The notes under the pieces: generated by a model
Told to the model about the DNA's origin: nothing
The model's database searches: none
Seen by the model: only the letters and a program-made list of their open reading frames with translations
NCBI GenBank assembly: GCA_034423015.1
Contig: DAOUJG010000053.1
Span: 68,565-132,564 of the forward strand
Source: Dehalococcoidia bacterium
GTDB lineage: Bacteria; Chloroflexota; Dehalococcoidia; Lucifugimonadales; JAGWBF01
Direction: 5' to 3'
DNA: 64,000 bases
Position numbers and translations under genes: made by a program
Part shown: positions 1-7,653 of the stretch, piece by piece
How positions within the stretch are numbered: position 1 is the stretch's first letter
Layout of the letters: each line of letters opens with the position of its first letter

Positions 1-2
1 GC

Positions 3-260
3 CTGCCCCAGCGGGAGGCCGACGCCAACAGGATGGGTATGCTGGACATAGCCCGCCCCGGCGGCATGGGCGATTTCCGGGTCCTGGCCCAGGCCAAGGG
101 CGTCGGCAGGCCCGACCTGTGGGGCATCCTGCCCTCGGAGGCCGCCGCGGCCGTCCTCGAGGGGCTGCCGGCGCCCCTGAGGTCACCCACGCACGTTCCC
201 CTGATGGAAGGAGCGTATCCCCACCTGGGCATGGACTGGGAGATGACACACCTGCCTTGA
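3..260 (+). CDS. hypothetical protein, C-terminal part (gene starts upstream of the window)
   Basis: The frame is open from the window edge to TGA 258-260. There is no recognisable motif in ...MGMLDIARPGGMGDFRVLAQAKG... Confidence 0.3.
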   Translation: MPQREADANRMGMLDIARPGGMGDFRVLAQAKGVGRPDLWGILPSEAAAAVLEGLPAPLRSPTHVPLMEGAYPHLGMDWEMTHLP

Positions 261-417
261 CAGCCCCGGACCCCCTTCCTCAAACCGGTAATCCATCACA
301 CCTCCCTGGGGCAGGGGGATACCCCAACCCTTGCCCGACGGTCGAGGCCGTTGGTAGACTAGGTGTGGGAGAACAGCGCGGGTCGTCCCCGTGACCGGGA
401 CGGCCGGGAGGCATTGA

Positions 418-780
418 ATGGAGTGCGAGGAGCATGGCCGGACGGCAAGGCAGTTCCTGGCCGCATCCGACGAGGAGTTCGCCGCTGGAGACCACCTGCA
501 GGCCTCCGAGAAGCTATGGGGCGCAGCCTCCCACGCCGTCATGGCCGCGGCCGTGCTTCGGGACTGGCCCTGCCGGACCCACCGGGAGCTGAAGAACGCG
601 GTGGAGAGGCTGAGCGAGGAGAAGGCCGACGAGGGGTTCGCCGCTGGTTTCTACGCCGCGGAGAATTTCCACAAGAACTTCTACCACGACGAGATGGAAC
701 CCTACCAGATCGAGATCGATCGTCCCCGGGTGCATCGTTTCGTAGACCGGGTGCTGGCGACCCTGGCGCCGGACGACTAG
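418..780 (+). CDS. PaREP1/HEPN-like all-helical protein
   Basis: 120-aa ORF with a GGGAGG SD about 7 nt upstream. The segment FLAASDEEFAAGDHLQASEKLWGAASHAVMA resembles the PaREP1/HEPN-like helical family (SEKxWGA signature) as I recall it. I see no clear Rx4-6H motif. Confidence 0.55.
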   Translation: MECEEHGRTARQFLAASDEEFAAGDHLQASEKLWGAASHAVMAAAVLRDWPCRTHRELKNAVERLSEEKADEGFAAGFYAAENFHKNFYHDEMEPYQIEIDRPRVHRFVDRVLATLAPDD

Positions 781-798
781 CCCGCTACCACCCATTGA

Positions 799-984
799 TT
801 GGAGCGCTCCATGGAGAACATCCTGAACCTGTCCCGGCAGCCCAAGACCCTGGACCTGGAGAGGACCGACGACGGGACCCTCCGGCTGGTCATCACCCTG
901 AAGAAGCTCGGCCAAGTCTCGGCTATGGAGTACTTCCTTGACGGGGAGGACGCCCGGAAGCTGGCCGAGGCCCTGGGGAGCTAG
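799..984 (+). CDS. small hypothetical protein (61 aa)
   Basis: The ORF sits between the HEPN-like and caspase-like genes, 18 nt after the previous stop and 30 nt before the next start. The ATG at 811 has a better SD (TGGAG) than TTG 799. No domain recognised. Confidence 0.4.
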   Translation: MERSMENILNLSRQPKTLDLERTDDGTLRLVITLKKLGQVSAMEYFLDGEDARKLAEALGS

Positions 985-1014
985 CCGGGCCGGGGCCGGC
1001 AAGAGAGGCCGCCA

Positions 1015-1590
1015 GTGCTCTGGAGCTCAGCGTCCATACCGGGCAAGCCTGCGCTGCTCATCGTCGACGCATCCGGCGACGTCCAGGGTTGGGAGTCCGA
1101 GTTCTGCGACCGGATATACTCGAGCCTGCGGAAGAGGGGGCTCGACCTGAAGTCCCAGGGCCCCGTGCGAGTGCGGGAGCCCGGGGAGTTGTCCCCCCAC
1201 CTGAGGTACGCTGGGCTCAACTCCATCCTGCTACTGGGGCATGGCGGCGGAGGGACATCGGGCGAAGGGATCGAGGCCTACTGGTCCTGGCTGGCGGAGC
1301 GGGAAGGGCTGCCGCCCCTGCTCCTGGCCGTGTGCACCTGGGAGAGCCACGACCCGGCCCTGACCGACCGGGTGCTGGGCGGGTCCGACGGGTTCGCGCC
1401 CCTGGCCGTGGCCCAGAAGTCCCCATTGGGCCCCCGGGAGGCCGGCCTCTACTTCCTCAAGTTCTTTACCGAGTTGGACCTTCACTCCGAGGACGCCATC
1501 ACCGGCCGGATGGTCTGGTTCTCCGACTCCAAGGCGAGGGAGCTCCTGAAGCGCCGCAGGCTCCCGGGGCTTGTGGGGGTGCGCTGCTGA
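1015..1590 (+). CDS. hypothetical protein with caspase/CHAT-like His...Cys signature
   Basis: GTG start preceded by AGAGAGG. A hydrophobic strand plus His-Gly (ILLLGHGGGG) is followed about 30 aa later by a hydrophobic strand plus Cys (LLLAVCTWES). This is the layout of clan-CD peptidases. The assignment is inference only. Confidence 0.5.
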   Translation: MLWSSASIPGKPALLIVDASGDVQGWESEFCDRIYSSLRKRGLDLKSQGPVRVREPGELSPHLRYAGLNSILLLGHGGGGTSGEGIEAYWSWLAEREGLPPLLLAVCTWESHDPALTDRVLGGSDGFAPLAVAQKSPLGPREAGLYFLKFFTELDLHSEDAITGRMVWFSDSKARELLKRRRLPGLVGVRC

Positions 1591-1618
1591 CAGGGAGCCC
1601 GGGGCTTGTGGGACCTGA

Positions 1619-2194
1619 TCAGGCGTCTTCACCCTCTCCGGTGGCAAGCCCCAGCTCCGCGGCCACGGGTTTCAGGCTCTCGATGACGAAGGCCATGTGC
1701 TCGTCCAGGTCTACGCCCATCTCCTCGGCGCCCTTGACGATGTCATCCCGGTTGACGTCCCTGGCGAAGGCCTTGTCCTTCATCTTGCGGCGCACCGACC
1801 GGGGGGTGACGTCGTCCAGGCTTTTGCTGGGCCGCACCAGCGTCACCGCCCTCACGAACCCCGATAGCTCGTCCACGGCGAACAGGGTCCGCTCCATGGG
1901 CGTCTCCCGCTCCAGGCCCGTGTGGTCGCCGTGGGTGAGCACGGCCCGCACGATGTCTTCGGAGAAGCCCCGCTCCCGTAGGATGTTGGCCCCGAAAGTC
2001 GGGTGCTCCTCGGGGGTGGGCACGATCTCCCAGTCGAAGTCGTGGACCAAGCCCGCCACGCCCCACCGCTCCTCGTCCTCCCCGAACTTCCGGGCGTAGG
2101 CCCGCATGGCGGCCTCCACCGCCAGCAGGTGCTTCATCAGCGTGTCGGTCTTTACGTAGTCTCCCAGGAACTTAACGGTCGTCTGCCGGTCCAT
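1619..2194 (-). CDS. HD-domain metal-dependent phosphohydrolase
   Basis: 191 aa. HD-superfamily ligand motifs GLVHDFDWE and LTHGDH are present. ATG at 2192-2194. Confidence 0.75.
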   Translation of the reverse strand: MDRQTTVKFLGDYVKTDTLMKHLLAVEAAMRAYARKFGEDEERWGVAGLVHDFDWEIVPTPEEHPTFGANILRERGFSEDIVRAVLTHGDHTGLERETPMERTLFAVDELSGFVRAVTLVRPSKSLDDVTPRSVRRKMKDKAFARDVNRDDIVKGAEEMGVDLDEHMAFVIESLKPVAAELGLATGEGEDA

Positions 2195-2960
2195 CCTCTC
2201 TCTCCTGTTGGGCGTTCTCGGTAGCCGCGGGCGGCTGGGCTCCGGGCCTGGGCGAGCACAGCCTGGCCGTGGTGATGAACCCCGTGTGGGCCACCATCCT
2301 GTGCACGGGCCGCACGCTGCGGCTGGTCACGTTCCAGGGGCGCAGCAGCACCTCCACCGTCTCGACGAGCTGGAACCGCGGGTCCGCGGCGAGCGCCTCC
2401 GCCAGCCGGTGTATCTGGAGCACCGTGGGAAGGAAGCTGAGGAAGATGCCGCCCCTGCGCAGGGCTTCGCCGACGTGGGGCACAGCCTGCCACGGCTCGG
2501 GCACGTCCAGCACGACCCGGTCCACCTCCCGCTCGACGATCCCCTGGTAAACGTCGCCGATGCGCAGCTCGTGTCGGTCGAAGTCTGGGGCCAGCGCCCG
2601 TACGTTGGCCAGGGCCTTGGCCACCATGTCCTCCCGCACCTCGTAGGTGACCACCCTGCCCCGGGGCCCTACCGCCCGCAGGAGGGCCGCCGTCAGCGCC
2701 CCGGACCCCAGCCCCGCCTCGATGACGGTGGCCCCGGGGAACACGTCGGCCAGCATCAGGATGTTGCCCAGGTCCTTCGGGTAGATGACCTGGCTTCCCC
2801 TGGGCATCTCCAGCACGTAGTCGCTCAGGGTGGGCTTCAGGGCCAGCAGGCCCTGGCCCATGCTGGTGCGGAACCAGTCGCCCTGCTGGCTGCCGATGAT
2901 CTGGTCGTGGGGGAGGGTGCCCACGTGGGTGTGGAACACGGCGTCCGACTTCAGAGTCAC
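2172..2960 (-). CDS. trmI: tRNA (adenine-N1)-methyltransferase, TrmI/Gcd14 family
   Basis: SAM-binding motif VIEAGLGSGALT, DVPEPW, and family-typical FHTHVGTLPHDQIIG. GTG 2960 is the first canonical start, but the conserved N-terminal strand GDLALLIDRKGRRHLV is encoded upstream, out to about 3065 (see finding). Confidence 0.85.
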   Translation of the reverse strand: MTLKSDAVFHTHVGTLPHDQIIGSQQGDWFRTSMGQGLLALKPTLSDYVLEMPRGSQVIYPKDLGNILMLADVFPGATVIEAGLGSGALTAALLRAVGPRGRVVTYEVREDMVAKALANVRALAPDFDRHELRIGDVYQGIVEREVDRVVLDVPEPWQAVPHVGEALRRGGIFLSFLPTVLQIHRLAEALAADPRFQLVETVEVLLRPWNVTSRSVRPVHRMVAHTGFITTARLCSPRPGAQPPAATENAQQEREDGPADDR

Positions 2961-3096
2961 CAGGTGCCTGCGGCCCTTGCGGTCGATCAGAAGGGCCAGG
3001 TCTCCCTCCTGGAACCCCCCTCCGCCGCGGGCGAGTTGCTGGGCCGCCGTCGGGTCGGCTACTATGGGGCGCCTCCGGTGGGGAATGGCTGTCGGC

Positions 3097-3939
3097 TCAT
3101 CGCGGCGCCGGGGCCTGCCGGCCCGTCACCTCGTCCAGGAACCGCAGCACCTCGGCGGTGCAGCGGTCGGGGATCAGAAGCTGGATGCCGGCGGCCATGT
3201 TGGGGAAGGTGACCAGCCGGGAGTCGGCGACGGCCTCCCACACCCGGGCCTGCTCGTCGGGCGGGCAGCTCTTGGCCCTGTCGCTGTACATGATCAGCGT
3301 TGGGACGTCGATCCTGGAGTGGAGCTGGGAGACGTCCAGCACCTCGAGCACGTCCATGAGGGAGGCCGCGACCTCGGTCGGGGTCTTGGAGTGCTCCCGC
3401 ACGTGCCACTCGTCCAGCCTGGGGTTGGCCAGGGCCAGGTCCATGCGGGTCGCCCGGGTATCGATGAGCCACTGGGGGAAGCCCACCCGCCTGATCTCGT
3501 CGCACGCCCTGATCCCCGCCGCGGCGAAGTGTCCCGTGCCTATCCCCGCGGGGGTGTTGCAGAGGGTGAGGCTCTTTATCCGGTCGGGGTGGTTGGCGGC
3601 GTACACGATGCCCCAGAGACCGCCGGACTCGAAGCCCACCCAGTGGACGGCGTCAATCTCCAGGGCGTCGATGACGTCCACCACGTCCGCCGCGATGCGG
3701 TCCGCAGACCAGGGCGCGCCCTCGGGGGGAACGGAGGAGCCGCCGCAGCCGCGGATGTCGTAGCGCAGGACCCTGTACTTTCTGGCCAGGGCGGGCACCC
3801 ACTGGGTCCACCACACCATGCTGCGGGCGAACCCGTGGCTCATGACGATGGTCTCCCCCGGGCCCTCTATCCACGGGTCCCGGAAGTCGTCCAGCCGGTA
3901 GTTGATCTCGACGCCGTCGCCGGTACGCACGCTGGGCAT
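3097..3939 (-). CDS. alpha/beta-fold hydrolase
   Basis: Internal ATG 3937-3939 chosen, because the upstream part of the 331-aa track ORF runs across the peroxiredoxin gene in another frame. It has IVMSHGF and a nucleophile-elbow-like VGFESGG. Substrate unknown. Confidence 0.8.
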   Translation of the reverse strand: MPSVRTGDGVEINYRLDDFRDPWIEGPGETIVMSHGFARSMVWWTQWVPALARKYRVLRYDIRGCGGSSVPPEGAPWSADRIAADVVDVIDALEIDAVHWVGFESGGLWGIVYAANHPDRIKSLTLCNTPAGIGTGHFAAAGIRACDEIRRVGFPQWLIDTRATRMDLALANPRLDEWHVREHSKTPTEVAASLMDVLEVLDVSQLHSRIDVPTLIMYSDRAKSCPPDEQARVWEAVADSRLVTFPNMAAGIQLLIPDRCTAEVLRFLDEVTGRQAPAPR

Positions 3940-3950
3940 CGGCGGTCCCC

Positions 3951-4415
3951 CTAGCCCAGCTTGTCCAGCTCCGCCAGGATGTCCCTGGGATCGGGGAGGT
4001 TGGGGGGCGAGTACTCCTGCCTGAACCGGATGACCCCGCCCTTGTCCACGATTATGATGGCCCGGCGGCTGGCGCCCCGTTCCTCGTTCCACAGCCCGTA
4101 GGACTTGACCATCTCCCCGTGGGGATGGAAGTCGGAGAGGAGGGGGTAGGGTATGTTCCCAAGGCCCGTCGAGTAGGCGCGGTGGGAGTGTTGGCTGTCA
4201 CAGCTTATGCCCAGGACCTGGGCATCCTTCTCCTCGAACTGGCCGTTGTACTGCCGGAACGAGGAGACCTGGTTCGTTCACCCGCCTGTGAAGTCGAAGA
4301 CGTGGAAGGAGAGCACCACGTTCTTCTGGCCCCGGTACTGGCCCAGGGAAACGTCGTCTCCCAGGCTGGAGGGCATCGTGAAATCGGGAGCGGGCTGTCC
4401 CACCTCGGCTGCCAT
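3951..4415 (-). CDS. peroxiredoxin (AhpC/TSA/Bcp type) with in-frame UGA at the peroxidatic Cys position; selenocysteine candidate
   Basis: A single frame from ATG 4413-4415 to TAG 3951-3953 reads MAAEVGQPAPDFT...VVLSFHVFDFTGG-TGA(4278-4280)-TNQVSSFRQYNGQFEEKDAQVLGISCDS...IIIVDKGGVIRF...LDKLG. The TGA aligns with Cys of the FTGVCTDE motif in the adjacent paralog. Confidence 0.75.
4230..4266 (-). promoter_or_regulatory. candidate bacterial SECIS hairpin downstream of the UGA at 4278-4280
   Basis: On the mRNA, CUCCUCG...CGAGGAG forms a 7-bp stem starting 11 nt after the UGA. A short inner CCG/CGG pairing is possible and the apical region contains GU. Not folded computationally. Confidence 0.4.
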
Positions 4416-4456
4416 GCTGCGTACCTCCTAAAGCTGACCTGCGGCCCGGCTGGGGG

Positions 4457-4933
4457 CTATCCTCCCAGGCCGCTCAGGGCCTGCCTGATCTCGTCGTAGT
4501 CGGGCTCCGCGGTGACCTGTGGGGCGACCCACTTGTACCGGACCACCCCGCCCTTGTCCACCACGAACACCGCCCGGTTGGCCGCCGTGTACCCCTCCAT
4601 CCCGGCCAGGTTGGGGAGGGCGACCCCGTACTGGTTCACCACCTGGCGGGTGAAGTCGCTCAGCAGGGGGAAGTTGAGGTTGTTGGCGTCGGACCACGCC
4701 TTCTGGGCGAAGGGCGGGTCTACGCTTATGCCCAGCACCTGGGCGTTCAGGGAGTTGAACTGGTCGGCCCGGTCCCGCAGGGCGCACATCTCGTCGGTGC
4801 AGACCCCGGTGAAGGCGCCGGGAAAGAAGGCGAGGACCACGTTCTGCCCGTGGAGGTCGCCCAGGCTCCTGCTCTTCAGGTCGGTGCCGTGGAGGGTGAA
4901 GTCCGGGGCCGCCTGGCCGACGTCGACAGACAT
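4457..4933 (-). CDS. peroxiredoxin (AhpC/TSA/Bcp type, Cys form)
   Basis: 158 aa. It has the PxxxTxxC-type motif [12 protein letters not shown] and [12 protein letters not shown]. Confidence 0.9.
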   Translation of the reverse strand: MSVDVGQAAPDFTLHGTDLKSRSLGDLHGQNVVLAFFPGAFTGVCTDEMCALRDRADQFNSLNAQVLGISVDPPFAQKAWSDANNLNFPLLSDFTRQVVNQYGVALPNLAGMEGYTAANRAVFVVDKGGVVRYKWVAPQVTAEPDYDEIRQALSGLGG

Positions 4934-5108
4934 GGAATAACTCCCCTTTCCAGCTACGTTGGACTCTCTACCGGCCCGTCCGGGCGTGGGGCGGCTACAT
5001 TATAGCGCATAGACGGCTGGCATACCACCGAGGGGCCCCCGGCGACGGCCCCAACGACGGTCGCCCGCTGACAATCCGCGGTCGCCCTCTCCGTCTGGAT
5101 TTGATAAG

Positions 5109-5831
5109 ATGCTCTACATGGAGATAGGAGAGGCGCAGTTGCAGGAATTACAGACCGCAGCTCGAGAACTCGGAGATAAGTTGTCCTCTGAACGTCCGAT
5201 ATTTGTTGAGTTCGCAGGCACTCCCAAGAGTGGGAAGAGCACCTGTATTGACACCGTCAACCATTTCTTCCGACGGCTGGACTATAAGGTGTTGGCGCCC
5301 ACGGAAGGTGCTTCCAAGCGAACGCCGTACTATCTCAAGGATGATTTCGTCGCATTCAATACTTGGTCAGCGGCCTACGCGTTGACTCACATCTTGGAGG
5401 GCCGCTTTGGGTCTGACCAATACCAGTTGGTCATCATGGACCGGGGACTCTTCGATGCCCTTGCCTGGTTTGAACTCCTGCGGGCTAAAGGCGACGTCAC
5501 GGAAGAAGACTGCACCGTCATTCAGAGCTTCCTGCTGGTTGGTCATTGGCGACAGCTAGTCGATGCGGTTTTCTTGTTCAAGACCGACCCGGCCACGTCG
5601 CTGGTGCGTGAGAACAGCAACAAGCTAATAGAAGAACCAGGTCGAGCCATGAACCCTGAGTTCCTTCGAGACCTGAACGACGCTTATCAATCCATCAGTT
5701 CGAAATACTCCGCGCAGTTCAGGTCCGTTTACGAGGTGGACACCGCCGGTGCCCAAGACACCACACCTCAGTCGACGGCCTTTGAGGTCGTCAAGAGAAT
5801 CGTCGACCACATTCGAAGCAGGGTAGCGTAA
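5109..5831 (+). CDS. P-loop NTPase, deoxynucleoside/NMP-kinase-like
   Basis: Walker A GTPKSGKST. VIMDRGLFDALAW resembles the DR/ERS motif of the dNK/NMP-kinase fold. A sampled line is about 48% GC, clearly below the flanks. Confidence 0.6.
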   Translation: MLYMEIGEAQLQELQTAARELGDKLSSERPIFVEFAGTPKSGKSTCIDTVNHFFRRLDYKVLAPTEGASKRTPYYLKDDFVAFNTWSAAYALTHILEGRFGSDQYQLVIMDRGLFDALAWFELLRAKGDVTEEDCTVIQSFLLVGHWRQLVDAVFLFKTDPATSLVRENSNKLIEEPGRAMNPEFLRDLNDAYQSISSKYSAQFRSVYEVDTAGAQDTTPQSTAFEVVKRIVDHIRSRVA

Positions 5832-5836
5832 TCAAT

Positions 5837-6475
5837 ATGCCCGCCAACCAAGTTCTTGTGTTCCCTCGGGCGATTTTCGGGGACGTTTTCTCGCTTTTGC
5901 CGTGGGACTCGATTCAGGAACAGATCGAGGAGATCGAAAGCACCTTTTCGTGGCTGCATCGGCCGGATGCGGAGCTGTCGCTCCATCTGGTCCAGGCAAT
6001 TCCGTGCGGATTCATTCGAGACCACGAAGGCCGGTACTGTGTGCTCAGGCGCGTGGAAAACTCCCGAAACGACCTCAACAGGAAGTTGAGCCTGGTTGTG
6101 GGGGGGCATATCGACAAGCCGCACAAGGACAGGTCGTTTCGGGCCACCATGTCGTTGAATCTCATGCGGGAGTTGGACGAGGAGGTTGGAATTCGCCCCG
6201 AGGAGCCCCCCAGTCCCGTCGGTGTAATTATCGACGATTCATCCATACAAGCTTCCCGGCACGTGGCGTTTCTGCATGAGATAACATCCGAGCAAGTCTT
6301 GCCAAGGGCGCCGGAAGAGTTTGCGGTGAGGTCGAAATACTCAGGCACGTTCATGCCTGCAGCCCGGATCGCTGAGATGTCCCACGGGTTCGACCCGTGG
6401 TCGAGACTGCTAATCGAGGAGTATGTCTGCCGGGGGGATGTCCGCCCGCAAGCCCGGCAGCGTTCGTTGTTCTGA
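5837..6475 (+). CDS. Nudix hydrolase
   Basis: Nudix box GGHIDKPHKDRSFRATMSLNLMRELDEEVGI (REx2EExGU core). The gene starts 5 nt after the kinase-like gene stop and shares its low GC. Confidence 0.7.
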   Translation: MPANQVLVFPRAIFGDVFSLLPWDSIQEQIEEIESTFSWLHRPDAELSLHLVQAIPCGFIRDHEGRYCVLRRVENSRNDLNRKLSLVVGGHIDKPHKDRSFRATMSLNLMRELDEEVGIRPEEPPSPVGVIIDDSSIQASRHVAFLHEITSEQVLPRAPEEFAVRSKYSGTFMPAARIAEMSHGFDPWSRLLIEEYVCRGDVRPQARQRSLF

Positions 6476-6507
6476 TTCACCCAGCGCCAGTCATTCTCCA
6501 ACAGCCG

Positions 6508-7653
6508 GTGGACACCCTCGAGAAAAAGGTAAAGCAATGTGCCCGGGAGCTGGGCTTCGACCTGGTGGGAATCGCCTCGGCAGAGGCCTTCTCGGAGCAT
6601 CAGGCCGTCACCCTGGAGCGTATACGCCAGGGGCTGATGGACGGGCTTCCCTGGTTCACCGAGGCCCGGGTGCGGCGCGGCTGCGACCCCCAGGCGCTGC
6701 TGCCGGGAGCCAGGTCCATCGTCACGGTGGGCATGAGCTACCACAGCCCCGACGGGGAGCCCCGGGACGGCGCCCCCGCGGGCAGGGTGGCCCGTTATGC
6801 CTGGGGGGACGACTACCACAAGGTCATCAAGCAGAGGCTCCGCGAGCTGGCCCGGCGGCTGTCCGATGGCCTGGGCAGGGAGTTGGCCGCCCGGTGGTAC
6901 GTGGACGACGGGCCGATGCTGGACCGGGCCGCCGCGGAGCGCGGGGGCATCGGCTGGTTCGGCAAGAACACCAACGTGCTGACCCGCTCCCACGGCTCCT
7001 GGGTGTTCCTCGGCCAGCTCGTCACGGACCTGGAGCTGGAGCCCGACCCTCCCCTAAAGAAGACGTGCGGAAGCTGCGTCCGGTGCATAGACGCCTGTCC
7101 CACCGGGGCCATCGTCGCGCCATACGTCATCGACAACGCCCGCTGCATCTCCCACCTGACCATCGAGAACCGCGGGCCCATTCCCCGGGAGTACCGCCCG
7201 TTGATGTACGACTGGGTCTTCGGCTGCGACATCTGCCAGGACGTGTGCCCCGTCAATCTGAAGGCCGCGTACACCAGGGAGCAGGCATTCCAAAAGCGGC
7301 GGTTCACCTCGCCGGACCTGATAGGCCTCCTCCGGATGAGCGACGAGGACTTCCGGGAGCGGTTTAGGAACAGCCCGGCCAGGCGGGCCAAGCGGTCGGG
7401 ACTTCGACGCAACGCCTGCGTGGCCCTGGGCAACGCCGGGGACCCAGGCGCCGTGCCGGCGTTGGTGGAGGCGCTGGAGGACGACGAGCCCCTGGTCAGG
7501 GGACACGCGGCCTGGGCCCTGGGCCGGCTGGGAGGCGCCGCCGCCGAGCACGGCCTGGAAGCCGCCCTTGGGAGCGAGGAGGACCCCGACGTGGTCGAGG
7601 AGATGGAGCTCGCCCTGGGCGAGGCCCGGGCCTGGAGGGCCGGGGCCTCCTAG
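6508..7653 (+). CDS. queG: epoxyqueuosine reductase
   Basis: GTG 6508 chosen, because the track ORF starting at 6397 overlaps the Nudix gene. Two ferredoxin-type motifs (CGSCVRCIDACP and CDICQDVCP) and a HEAT-like C-terminus (VRGHAAWALGRLG) are present. Confidence 0.9.
   Translation: MDTLEKKVKQCARELGFDLVGIASAEAFSEHQAVTLERIRQGLMDGLPWFTEARVRRGCDPQALLPGARSIVTVGMSYHSPDGEPRDGAPAGRVARYAWGDDYHKVIKQRLRELARRLSDGLGRELAARWYVDDGPMLDRAAAERGGIGWFGKNTNVLTRSHGSWVFLGQLVTDLELEPDPPLKKTCGSCVRCIDACPTGAIVAPYVIDNARCISHLTIENRGPIPREYRPLMYDWVFGCDICQDVCPVNLKAAYTREQAFQKRRFTSPDLIGLLRMSDEDFRERFRNSPARRAKRSGLRRNACVALGNAGDPGAVPALVEALEDDEPLVRGHAAWALGRLGGAAAEHGLEAALGSEEDPDVVEEMELALGEARAWRAGAS

Noticed and set aside
258-359. 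Possible UGA read-through of the first partial ORF. It is in frame for another 32 codons, ending at a TAG at about 357.
   Set aside because: The downstream translation (QPRTPFLKPVIHHTSLGQGDTPTLARRSRPLVD) has no coding character or motif, and no convincing hairpin follows the TGA.
3940-4092. N-terminal 51 codons of the 331-aa track ORF for the alpha/beta hydrolase.
   Set aside because: This part runs across the 3' half of the peroxiredoxin gene in another frame and is Gly/Pro/Arg-rich. The family-typical sequence starts at the internal ATG 3939.
4278-4280. The in-frame TGAs (here and at 16689-16691) as plain nonsense mutations, making both genes pseudogenes. An alternative reading is a genome-wide UGA reassignment.
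   Set aside because: Both TGAs fall exactly on catalytic Cys codons. Both genes keep intact frames and conserved motifs downstream, and both have a hairpin at SECIS distance. Many genes in the window terminate at TGA (for example 3097, 20273 and 55818), so there is no global reassignment. The pseudogene reading cannot be fully excluded without the sel genes.
5033-5053. GGGGCC...GGCCCC hairpin in the 175-nt gap before the low-GC island, considered as a possible att site or terminator.
   Set aside because: There is no U tract, no matching repeat at the other island boundary (about 6476-6510), and no integrase. The evidence is insufficient to call a mobile-element border.
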